Shown here: one piece after another, positions 47,516 through 57,156 of the stretch
Layout: each line of letters opens with the position of its first letter
How positions within the stretch are numbered: the first letter of the stretch is position 1
From: Saprolegnia diclina VS20
Taxonomy: Eukaryota
NCBI RefSeq assembly: GCF_000281045.1
Contig: NW_008246071.1
Span: 190,542 to 247,697, forward strand
Reading direction: 5' to 3'
Length of the DNA: 57,156 nucleotides
The notes under the pieces: model-generated
The model's input: the letters and a program-made list of their open reading frames with translations, nothing else
Told to the model about the DNA's origin: nothing
Database searches by the model: none
Position numbers and translations under genes: made by a program

Positions 47516-50500
47516 TCAGCCCAACCGATGCAAGGCCGAGGTTTGCTGCTTGGCCAACCGGATGCCTTCGTGGTACAACCGACTCACGACGCGGGCACTT
47601 TGCAGAATCGAGATCTACGAGCCGATAAGGTCCTCGCGAGCATCGAACCGATGTGTCTACCTTGTACTTTTCGATCTTGTCCTTGACTCTGGTGATGATG
47701 GCAATCTTCTCGGAACGTTCTTCCTCCGAGAGCGTAAGCTGCGCGACAAGGTCTTCGTCGAGCTCGGGCAAGAGCGACATGAACTCTGCGCCGCACGTTA
47801 TAAATTGAAAAAATAAACAAGTGAGAATGTCGTACCGCGCTCGTACATGGACTGCACTTCCGCCATGAACGACTGCGTCCGAAAGAGCTTCCAGCTCGTC
47901 AAGTCGGGGGCCGGAAGCGTGAGGCGCGACCCCACGTCGTTCTTGGTGCGCGTGAGGGCCTCGCGCCGCTTGTGGTCGTTGTAGCTCCGGTTGAACTGAC
48001 TGCCGACAAGCGTGAGGGGCATCGCCGTGTAGCAAGCGCCAAAGATCATGGCCAGCACCGCAATGAACTTGCCACTCATGTTCTTGGGCACAATGTCCCC
48101 GTAACCCACCGACGTGATCCTAGTATCATAGTGGAGTTAGGGTCCAGGCTACAAAATAGGAATACGAACGTGACAATGATAAACCAAATGCCCGAAAAGA
48201 CATCTTCAAACTGGGAGAGTTGGCCGCGGACGTCGATCAAGACGCGCTTCCCTGTCGGCATGTGCGCGGTCGTGGGTGGTAACTTGATGAGTTTGCCCGC
48301 GCTGTCGGTGCACGGTGTCCCCACAAAGCACTCGGTGCCCATTTCGACTTGGTAGATGAGAAACGCAAAAATTGTCGTCGAGAGGGCGAGCATAAAGTAC
48401 TGTCGACATGCGATACATCAATGTCTTCCATCACCAGACATGCATACCGGAATCACGAGGCGTAGATACGTCTTGGAAATGGCTTCACGCACGACAAACG
48501 TGGCCGGGATTTCCTACGCGACCGTCAATGCACCGAAAATCTCGACGAGCTCACCGCTTGAATTTGAAAAAAGCGGAAAATACGACAAAACCGCATCGCC
48601 GTGAGGACGCTGTTGGAGGTCGGCACGATGGCGTAGTCGGGCGTAATGCCCATAAAGTACCGTTTGGCTTCAAAGATGAGGAAGGGAATGAAAGCGATCG
48701 CGTCGGCCCACTGATATGGGTTCTTCCAGTTCATTGCGCGAGGGCCCGTGAGCGCCAGCATCGAAAGGAGCTCGACGAGCGAGCAAAGGAAGAAGATGTA
48801 CTCGAGGCCGTACCAGTACGGCGAGGCGTTGAGGTAGTAAAAGTGCCGGCGCTGGCACTCGGGGCGCTTGCACACGTAGTTGGGACGCTCCGCCTTGGTA
48901 AGGTCCCAGATCGGTCGGAACGGCAGCATGCTCCCGAAACCCGTGTAGTTGTAGTTGATGTTGGGGTACAAGCAGTTGTAAGCGCTCAGCGAGAGGCTGC
49001 CAAAGTTGTTGCCGTGTCCGTAGCAGTGCGTCATGTCGGACGTTTTCGCGTCGCACTCAAAGTTGAGTGGCACGCTCGTGTCGACGCTCGAGAAGCACCC
49101 GGGATCGGCGCTCGTGTTGGAAGACGAGGCATACGCGCAGTACGTTTGCGCGACCGTCTTGCAGTAGGCTGTGTTTTCACCAAACGGCTGGACGTCTGGC
49201 ATTGTTTGCACAAAGAGCACGCCAATGCTAAAGATAAAGATGCACCACCGCAGCCGGAAGCGCGACGCGCGGGTCGCCGTGCTGGGCGACGCAACGGCCG
49301 CCGTGCTGGGCGACGCAACGGCCGCCGCGCCTTGCTTCGGAAGCTCTTTGCCGGTCCAGCTGCGCCGAAACGAGGCCACAATGCGGTCTCGGATGGAGCT
49401 ACGACCGTTGTTCTACGCGTACATTCATGAAGGACATGGACAGCGGAATGGGATGCTACCGCGTCGTGGCTGTGGTCTTCGGCAACCATTTGTTCGACAG
49501 TCGAGACGAGCTCGACGTGCTGCTCTTGGCACTGGATCATGTGCGCATGGAGGTCTTGCGCGGTCTGGTAGATCTTGGAAATGTCTGTTTCGTGCTTGAG
49601 CTCGGCGCTGAGCGTCGTCGCAATCAGCGTCATCTCGCCTGTGAGCGCGGCGAGGCGCAAGTAGAGGCTGTTGGGCGTCATGTACTTGGTGAGAATTTCC
49701 GGGTTCTCCTCGAGCGCGTGGTCGGTTTTCTTTTGGTTTTCGCTCGTGCCCGCCGCCAGCGCGTGCATCGACTCGATGCTGCGGGTGACGACCTTGTCCG
49801 TGTGGTCGCGCCACGCGCGGTCAAATTCCGTGCCGACGATCGCCAACGGCATCGACAAAAAGAGCGTGCCAATGACCATGATGACGACCGCTGTCGATCG
49901 CCCAAGCATGTTGCCATCGGCTGGCACCACGTCGCCGTACCCGACCGTCGAGACCCTAATCAGCGATATCAATATATATAGTAGGTATGAGACACGTGCT
50001 AGGACAATACGTACGTCGTCACAACATAGTAGGCCGACGTGAGAAGATCCGTAAACATGCACGTATCAATGGACGTGCACGGGTTGAAGAGGTACATGAG
50101 GCACGAAAACACGAGCACAATTTCCGTCAGAAAGATCAACTAGGAAAAGACTTCGCATCGCGATGCATCGAGAGATGCGTACCGCGACAGTGATCGCAGG
50201 CACGCTGGCAATGATGGCTTGGACGAGAATGTATGTGCCGGAATTGTTCTAGTACCATAGTGTGGTGAAGATATGCTGCAATAGAAAGGGCAGCGTGCAC
50301 CTTGGCCAAGCGGAAAATACGCAAGAGACGCGCCAAGCGCAGCACGACAAAGCTCGTACCGCTCCCAAAGATGAGATCGATGTAGAAGGGCACGAGCGCG
50401 AGTACGTCAAACCAGTTGAAGACGTCCTTCGCAAACGGCAGCAAGCGGCGCTCCTTGAGCACGTCGACGTTGGCCCAGAGCGACGGCCAAATCACGATTC

Positions 50501-50876
50501 GAATCACAAAGTCGATGGTGAAAATGCACGTAAAAATGCCGTCGAGGAGCACATACGTGGCCTCGTCGGGCAAATTCGGGTAGTCGGGGTGCCCCGCGTG
50601 GTAAATGTCCATGTTGGGGCCGTCGAGCGTCCGGAGAAAGAGCGACGCGCACGAGACAAGCGCTGAAATACCCATAAAGTGGTGAAACACTTTGCTGTAC
50701 ACGGACGAGTCGGGCACCGTGAAGAAGGTAAAGACGACCTCGAACCGGTTCAGCCGCGTGAGCGTCTGCGGCGTGTACATCTTCATGCTTGTGTCCGTGA
50801 GCAAGCCCGCATTGTGCAGAGCTTCGATCGAGAGCGCCGCATTGTACTTGGGCGAGATCGCCGCGTACACGGGCAT
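47516..50876 (-). CDS. Voltage-gated K+ channel with two tandem 6TM-P modules in one polypeptide
   Basis: Module 1: NWFDVLAL, LRLARLLRIFRLAK, STVGYGDVVP, MPLAIVGTEF. Module 2: QWADAIAF, MRFCRIFRFF, TSVGYGDIVP, MPLTLVGSQF. Joined in frame across a 47-nt GT-AG intron (49413-49459). Start approximate. Confidence 0.85.
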
Positions 50877-51276
50877 CGCGCGGCTTGTCTGTTGGCGCGG
50901 AAACGCAACTGTAACCACTGCCTCTCCATTGCGAAGGGACGCGAAACCGCCGAGAGCTTTTTATTACGCTCGATTGGATTGGGCTTAGATAAGAGCGCAT
51001 ACATGGCAACATGGCTGGACGGACACCACACACACACGAGCTGGACAAGCGTTGTTTTAGCCATGCTATCAAGCGCGGCCTATACAGACTGCCCATTCGG
51101 CTTTTGAGCTCCACGCACGATGGCTTCGCGACCGTGGGAATCTAGTAGGAGCCAAGGCCGCGAGACGAAGGCGAGCTGCAATAAGCGCTCTAGCGGAGAA
51201 TGCTGGAACAGTCGCTTTGCTGCTGCGGCGTCCGACTTGTGAATATGCTCAAACCTAAGTCCTGTGTCTTAGTCGA

Positions 51277-51924
51277 ATGACTGTCAGCGCCTTTCCTGTG
51301 AAAGACGATGAGTGCCTCAGATCTTTCGACACAAGATCGCGTGCATCTGATTGGCCACATCAAGGATACGCCGCCAAAGGCTCGAGTGCCATTGAAACCA
51401 GGATGACCAAAGACGTCCAGTCTCGCCTTCTTAGCTGCAGCGCTGCAGGTCTCATAGCGATCCAAGGTCTTGGCCTTGCACTTGGTACCCACCATCTCGC
51501 TCCTTGATTGCGCTCGTCTTATACGCCGATTAGTCGCTAGCTACAGCTCACTCTCATCGCGTACGTTCCTCTCCGATGGAGTAGCATGTAGCAACGCCCA
51601 TGTCTAGTCTTCTTCGGCCTCAACGTACTTCTCTGCGGTGTCTGGCTCGCGTTCCATGAAGTACAGCCTGCCTTGGCACCATTCGAGCTACCCCGCGGCC
51701 TCGAGACGCCTCTCGGAAAGGCGTATACGTACCAATTCATCGCGTTCGCTTCGGTCGACTCGTTCTTTGGCAGCGTCTGGGACACTTTTGTGCTCGTGTG
51801 GCTGCTCTTTGTCTCGGCTGTCTTTGTCTACATCCACTTTGCGCACGACCACCACAGCAGCGAAGCCAAGCAGGAGAGTTTGCTCATGCATGACTACCAA
51901 AAGCTCGACATCCAAGCCATGTAG
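51277..51924 (+). CDS. Small hypothetical membrane protein (about 3 TM, 2 introns)
   Basis: Two GT-AG splices give a continuous frame ...GLIAIQGLGLALVASYSSLSSLFFGLNVLLCGVWLAF...TFVLVWLLFVSAVFVYIHF...; start at 51277 or 51403. Confidence 0.5.
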
Positions 51925-53231
51925 CCATACCTTTATAAGGATTACCAAGTCTTTTTGCACGACTTCATTGCTTCCATCGCGTCGCTACTTACATCGCGTC
52001 ACTGCAAAATGCGTCCCAGTGCTGCGCAGGTCCCAAGGATGGTTCTGGAGCAACGACAACGCGTTTGTCGATTCATTCCAGGCACTATCCATTATTCTCT
52101 GCTACCGCGTCATAGGACAGACAAGGCCGTCTGGTTGCTGAAGGTGAGGCACCAGTTCAATCATCTCTGCCGTTGGACTTTTTTGACTGAACCGGATGTG
52201 GGGCGAAAGGACACCATTTGATTGGTTGGTGCGAACACATATCCGGATAAAGATACTCTGTGGCCAAATCCCGCAACGAGCTATCTCAAACGCTCTTGCG
52301 CAGCTTCTTGGGAGAGAAGAGCTCGCTTACCCTACGTGAAGGCAAGCAGAGGCGTACGGGGTGATTGCGATGGCATTCGGGTCCCAGAACGGCAAGTTGA
52401 TCGGTGGTTGAAGCCACCGTTGAAGTTCTTTTGGTCAAGATGGGTATACTAGTATCGGTCTTTGCAACCCTACGAACCGTGCGATACATCACTTCAAGCT
52501 GCCTCTAACGTCGACAAACTTCGACCAGCCTTTGACAGCAAGACGTTCTTCAAGCTAATCTCTAGATTTGCTCTTATGGTTCTCTTGCGACCTCCTTGCT
52601 ACTCCCAAGGAAGCATGGTCTGTTGTTGCTACTTCAGCGGTCGCCAGTCACATGGGCACTCTTCTCGTACACGGCGCCAACTAGTCGTACGTGGATGGGT
52701 CCATGGGACCCGTCTGGTTCCGCTGGATTTTGCAAGGGGACTCTTCAACCCTACGTCACCACCGTCGTGCGCCGGACGGGTAAATACGCTCGAGAGGCTG
52801 TGATAGCGAGCCGGCAGCGAAGCCTTGCCCCGCTTGTCTACACCGTCCGTACCCATGGCGCTAGCGTCGTCGAGTGTGCTAGGTGCTTGCGCGGCCACAT
52901 CCTCGCGCTGTAATCGCCGAGTAGCTTGGCCGGGCCAATCAAGACCCACTTTGCACATCGCGCGTCCGTCGCCGGTCGTGTTTTTCCCCCACGGCCGTGG
53001 CCTTGTGACCGGTCGCTCAGAAGCCGCAGCGCACTGTGGCGTCTTTGGTAATCACGCATCCGCGGAGGCCCTCGGTCTCTCCGCGCAGTACGTGTCACAA
53101 GAAGATTCTATTGCGCATTCGAATCCGCATGGGCCTGTACCCTCCCAATGGCACCTGGATACCATACAAAACGCAAGGTGCAAAAACAAAACCACATGCG
53201 TAATGGGAGGGGGTCCTACGCAAACGAAGGG

Positions 53232-55688
53232 ATGTCGGAACAACAAGGGAAGTCGCCGCAGCAACCAAGCGCCATATTCACATTTGCTCACGAGCAGCAT
53301 CCATTCCACAGCATGAAGGTCGCGTACCAAGGCGTTGCCGGCGCGTACTCGGAGAAGGCGGTCCACCAGCTCCTCGGCCACGAGGGCGTCGAGGCCACGG
53401 GCTACGAGTCGTTTGAAGCTGCGTTCACGGCCGTCACCGACGGCGACGTCGAGTACGGCCTCCTCCCGATTGAAAACTCGGTCGGTGGCACGATCCACGC
53501 CAACTACGATCTGCTCTTGCGCTACAACTTGCACATTGTCGGCGAAGTCGACCTGCCCGTGCACCACTGCCTCCTCGGGCTCCCGGGCACCAACAAGGAC
53601 GACATTCGCACGGTCATCTCGCACCCGCAGGCGCTCGCGCAATGCGCCCATTACACGCGCAACCACGGCATGGTCGCGCGCGCCGAGTACGACACCGCGG
53701 GCTCGGCCAAGATGCTCTCGGAGCACGGCGCCGAGTGGGCCGACACGGCCGCGATTGCGAGCGACCTCGCCGCCCACCATTACGGCCTTGAGGTGCTCGA
53801 CGCCAACATTGAAGACGACGCGAGCAATGTGACGCGCTTCCTCCTCCTCTCGGCGTCGGCGATGCTGCCGCCTGTCGACGAGACCGTGCCGGCCAAGACG
53901 ACGCTTGTGGTGTCGTTCACGAACGGTACGAGCCAGCTGCACACGGCGCTCGGCCTCTTTGCCGCCGAGCACGTTGAGATCTCCAAGCTCGAGGTGCGTC
54001 CGTGGAACGTCGCGGCAGAGAAGGACGCGACCGAGCTCTCGACCCACAAGTTCAAGTACCTCTTCTACATTGATGTGATCGGCCACGCCGAGGACGCGCG
54101 TCTCCAGTCGGTCCTCACGGCGCTCAGCAATGTGTGCAACCTCGTCCGTGTCTTTGGCACGTACCCAGCCAACGCGATGCTGCCGGATGCGATCCAGAGT
54201 GCGCTCAACAAGCGCCATTTCCTCAACCAAGCGGTGGACGCAGTGCTGTCGTCGACGCATCACAACGACGAGGAGCTCGTGGCCTACTACAAGGAGAACG
54301 CGACGGCGGCCGAGGCCGCCCTCGACCAGTTTGAACACGACTTTATCGAGGTACCGACCGAATAGCTTCATACATGTACGATATGAGGCTCATCTTTCCT
54401 ATTCTAGTTGCGGGCGACGTTGCGGGCGAGCATGCGTGCGCAGTCGCCGGTCCGCCTCAACCCGCTCCTCGGGAAGCTCTCGCAGTCCAAGACCGTGCAG
54501 ATCCACGGCCTCACCAAGCAGCTCGAAGCCGAGGGCAAGACCGTCTACTCGCTCTGCGTGGGCGAACCCGACTTTAACCCGCACATGCAAGTCATCGACG
54601 CGGCCCGTCAAGGCCTCGCGGACGGCTACGTCAAGTACACGGAGGTCCAGGGCATGCTCAAGCTCCGCAAGGCGATCGCGGGGTACCTCGAGACGGCCAA
54701 GGGCGTCACTTATGACCCGGCATCCGAGATCATCGTCTCCAATGGCGCCAAGCAGTCGGTCTTCCAAGCACTCCTCGTCACGTGCGAGCCCGGCGACCAC
54801 GTGCTCATTCCGGCGCCGTACTGGGTCTCGTACCCGGACATGGCCAAGATTGCGGGTGCGGTGCCCGTCTTTCTGCAGACCGACGTCGCCAACTCGTACT
54901 TGATCGACCCGGCCGCGCTTCGGGCGACGCTCGCGGCGGACCCGCGCATCAAGGTCATGATCCTCTGCAACCCGTCCAACCCGGCGGGTGTCGTGCACGG
55001 CCCCGAGCTCCTGCGCGAGATCGCCGCCGTCCTCGAAGACTTCCCCCACGTGCTCATTATCGCCGACGAGATCTACGAGCAGCTCGTGTACCAGGACGAA
55101 GGCGCTGAGCCGCGCACGCACCTTTGCTTTGCGACGCTGCTTCGGTCGCGCACGCTCCTCATCAACGGCTTCTCCAAGAGCCACGCGATGACGGGTCTCC
55201 GCATCGGCTACATGGCCGCGCCGGCGACGTTTACCAAGCCCGCGACCAAGCTCCAGGGCCAGCTCACATCGTGTGCGAGCTCGATCGGGCAGATTGCGGC
55301 CATTGCGGCGCTCGAGATGGAGGCCGCGGCCGAGACGCCGCTCATCGAGGCGACGCTGGCCAACATGGACGAGAAGCGCAAGTACGTGTGCAGCCGCCTC
55401 GACGCGATCCCGCACATCCAGTACGCGTACCCGACGGGTGCGTTCTACGTCTTTATCGAGCTCCCGCATTACATTGGCACCAACCACGTTGGCACGAACG
55501 GCGTCACCATCACCAACAGCGAAGACTTTTGCTCGTACCTCCTCTCGGAATTTGGCTGCGCGATCGTGCCGGGCTCGGCCTTTGGCATTGAAAATTCGGT
55601 GCGCATGTCGTACGCCACGTCTCTCGAGATCCTCGGCCACTCGATGGACGCGCTCGAAAACTGCCTCGTCTCTCTCGTGCCCCAGTAA
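53232..55688 (+). CDS. Fusion of prephenate/arogenate dehydratase (PDT+ACT) and class Ib aspartate/prephenate aminotransferase
   Basis: KVAYQGVAGAYSE, LPIENSVGG, SHPQALAQC, NVTRFL and an ACT domain; phase-0 intron 54351-54407; then GEPDF, SNGAKQS, PAPYWVSY, NPSNP, DEIY, NGFSKSHAMTGLRIGY. Confidence 0.93.
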
Positions 55689-56635
55689 ACTGTCAACGAA
55701 AACCAATGTATGTATCGACCCAAAACCCACTCACTTGTCTGTGGATATGAGGCGGATCACGCAACGGTGGCGGCGCTAGTCGAGCTGTCAGTTAGGCTTA
55801 TAATCATATACGGCGCTGCGTTGACAGAGCGGCCTCGTCGCCGTGAAGTTGGCGTTGTCACACGCTGCAGAGTCGATAGAGCTGCACGAAGTCGACATTC
55901 TCCAACAAGCCTTGGCTTTGATCGGCCTGGAGCTCGGACGCGAAGTCATTTCCCCCGCTACGTGAGATGGAAGTTTCACAGAGCAGCGTCGTCCCCACAA
56001 AGATCGCTTGGTGAACTCCAGATCGGCGTCATCGTCCGAGCCAGAAAGCTGGATGACCACGAGGACGTCCGCGAATACCTTGAGAGCGACGTCCTCACTG
56101 GTAGGCCACCACTTGTACCCGCTCGCGATCTCGCGGGACCATCTCAACTTCATCAGCAGCATTCTGGGCCCTTGCACGTTTGGCGTCAAATTCCTCAAGG
56201 TCCCTTCGTCGGTCGTCGATACTCAACATCTAAGCCTCAATCCGCCGTGGTCGCGCGTAGATTGGACGCTGCTTGCCGACACTCTAGGCCCAGCGCTGCG
56301 CATACATGTATACGTAGGTGGAGGTCGTAGTTCATCGGCAGGGCCAGCAGTCCTTCCTCCTCCCCGCGCCCGCGCTTCTCCTGCCTGCTCTTCCAGTCCT
56401 CACTCTTTCCGCCACGCTCCTCCGAGCGGCCTCCGCTTCTCTCGATCATGCGCCGAGCGTTCTCTTCCGTGCGCTGCGTTTTTCACTCCCGCTAAGTGGA
56501 CTGGTGCGCTGTCAGCCAATCCGTAGCGATAGCGATAGCTATCGATGCAACTCCCATTGGAGCACATCGTTTAGCACACCGCTATAATATGAGAAAGGTC
56601 GGTTATAACGCGTTTAGCTATAGCTATAGCGGTGG

Positions 56636-57156
56636 CGCGTTGGAGATGCTCTCAAGGCCAATATCTTCAAGGCGCTCATTCAACAGCTCCGTCCTCAAGA
56701 GCTTCAGACGGACGTGATGCAGCTGCTCCGAGAGAAGCTGGCTGTCAACAAGCAAGCTGGCCTTCAGCACCTTGAGAAGATCATCCTCAAGCGGGCATTT
56801 TTTTACAAGTCGTGGAGCCCCAAGACGAAGCGTCCTCGTGACAAGGAGTCGTCCGACGAAGACGAGAAACCGTCGCACGAGGAGCAGCAAGGTGCGCGCG
56901 GGAAGAAGAAGCGCAAGTTCAAGCAGAAGGACAACAAGCCTCCAGTGCAACAAGAACGCAAGAACGATGGAACGACCGTGCTGGCACTGCGGCAGCAAGA
57001 AGCACAAATTGCGGGACTGCCCGAGTTCGAACGCCAAGCAGAAGGCGATTGCCGTCAAGAAGGATTGGAAGAGCGGTCGTCGTGGCGGAGGCGGCGACGG
57101 CAGCAAACAAGGCGGCAACGAAGGCAACGGGGGCGGTGACAAGAAGAAGACCAAGT
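56636..57156 (+). mobile_element. Degenerate gag-like fragment of a retroelement with CCHC zinc knuckle (frameshifted; runs off the window)
   Basis: Helical gag-like frame (ALIQQLRPQELQTDV...) with a basic stretch, then CWHCGSKKHKLRDC (CX2CX4HX4C) at 56979-57020 in a +1 frame. Confidence 0.7.

Noticed and set aside
49273..49327. 24-bp tandem repeat that might suggest a mini CRISPR or TE footprint
   Set aside because: Two adjacent in-frame copies encoding AVASPSTA in the channel linker; no spacers, so simple slippage.
51930..53100. 1.2-kb stretch with short ORFs, possibly an ncRNA or TE relic
   Set aside because: No recognisable motif, tRNA fold or terminal repeats by eye; needs a database search.
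55788..56240. Minus-strand coding-like fragments
   Set aside because: Frames are inconsistent and no family was recognised; possibly a pseudogene but unsupported.
1..57156. Prokaryotic-type systems (CRISPR, operons, defence islands) or a metabolic gene cluster
   Set aside because: The sequence is intron-rich and eukaryotic; neighbouring genes are functionally unrelated and no repeat-spacer array is present.

Overview
Gene-dense, GC-rich eukaryotic DNA with many very short GT-AG introns (about 40-60 nt). Gene content and style point to a flagellated oomycete, probably Saprolegnia-like; this taxonomy is inferred, not proven. I reconstructed about 29 protein-coding genes by manual splicing. Conserved genes: a CAMK-group kinase, nucleoredoxin, kinesin-8, DDX6, TANGO2, an HSF-type factor, an LYR protein, a mitochondrial carrier, a FYVE-TPR protein, RPN1, IFT144/WDR19, ATP23, an ABCC transporter, a Csm1/Pcs1-like protein, PDCD2L and MLH1. 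Also present: a 387-nt assembly gap, microsatellites and a decayed gag-like retroelement at the right edge. No CRISPR array, rRNA or tRNA was recognised. The most notable signals are unusual architectures that only appear after splicing: (1) one polypeptide with two complete voltage-gated K+ channel modules, next to a four-PDZ scaffold gene; (2) a PH domain fused to a SNAP-25-like Qbc-SNARE with both zero-layer Gln residues replaced; (3) a dehydratase-ACT-aminotransferase fusion for Phe synthesis, joined by a stop-containing intron; (4) a CCCH zinc finger fused to ABITRAM, sharing a palindromic 116-bp bidirectional promoter with a possibly secreted METTL21-like methyltransferase; (5) two probable pseudoenzymes. 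Family calls come from motif recognition by eye, and start codons and some exon boundaries are approximate.
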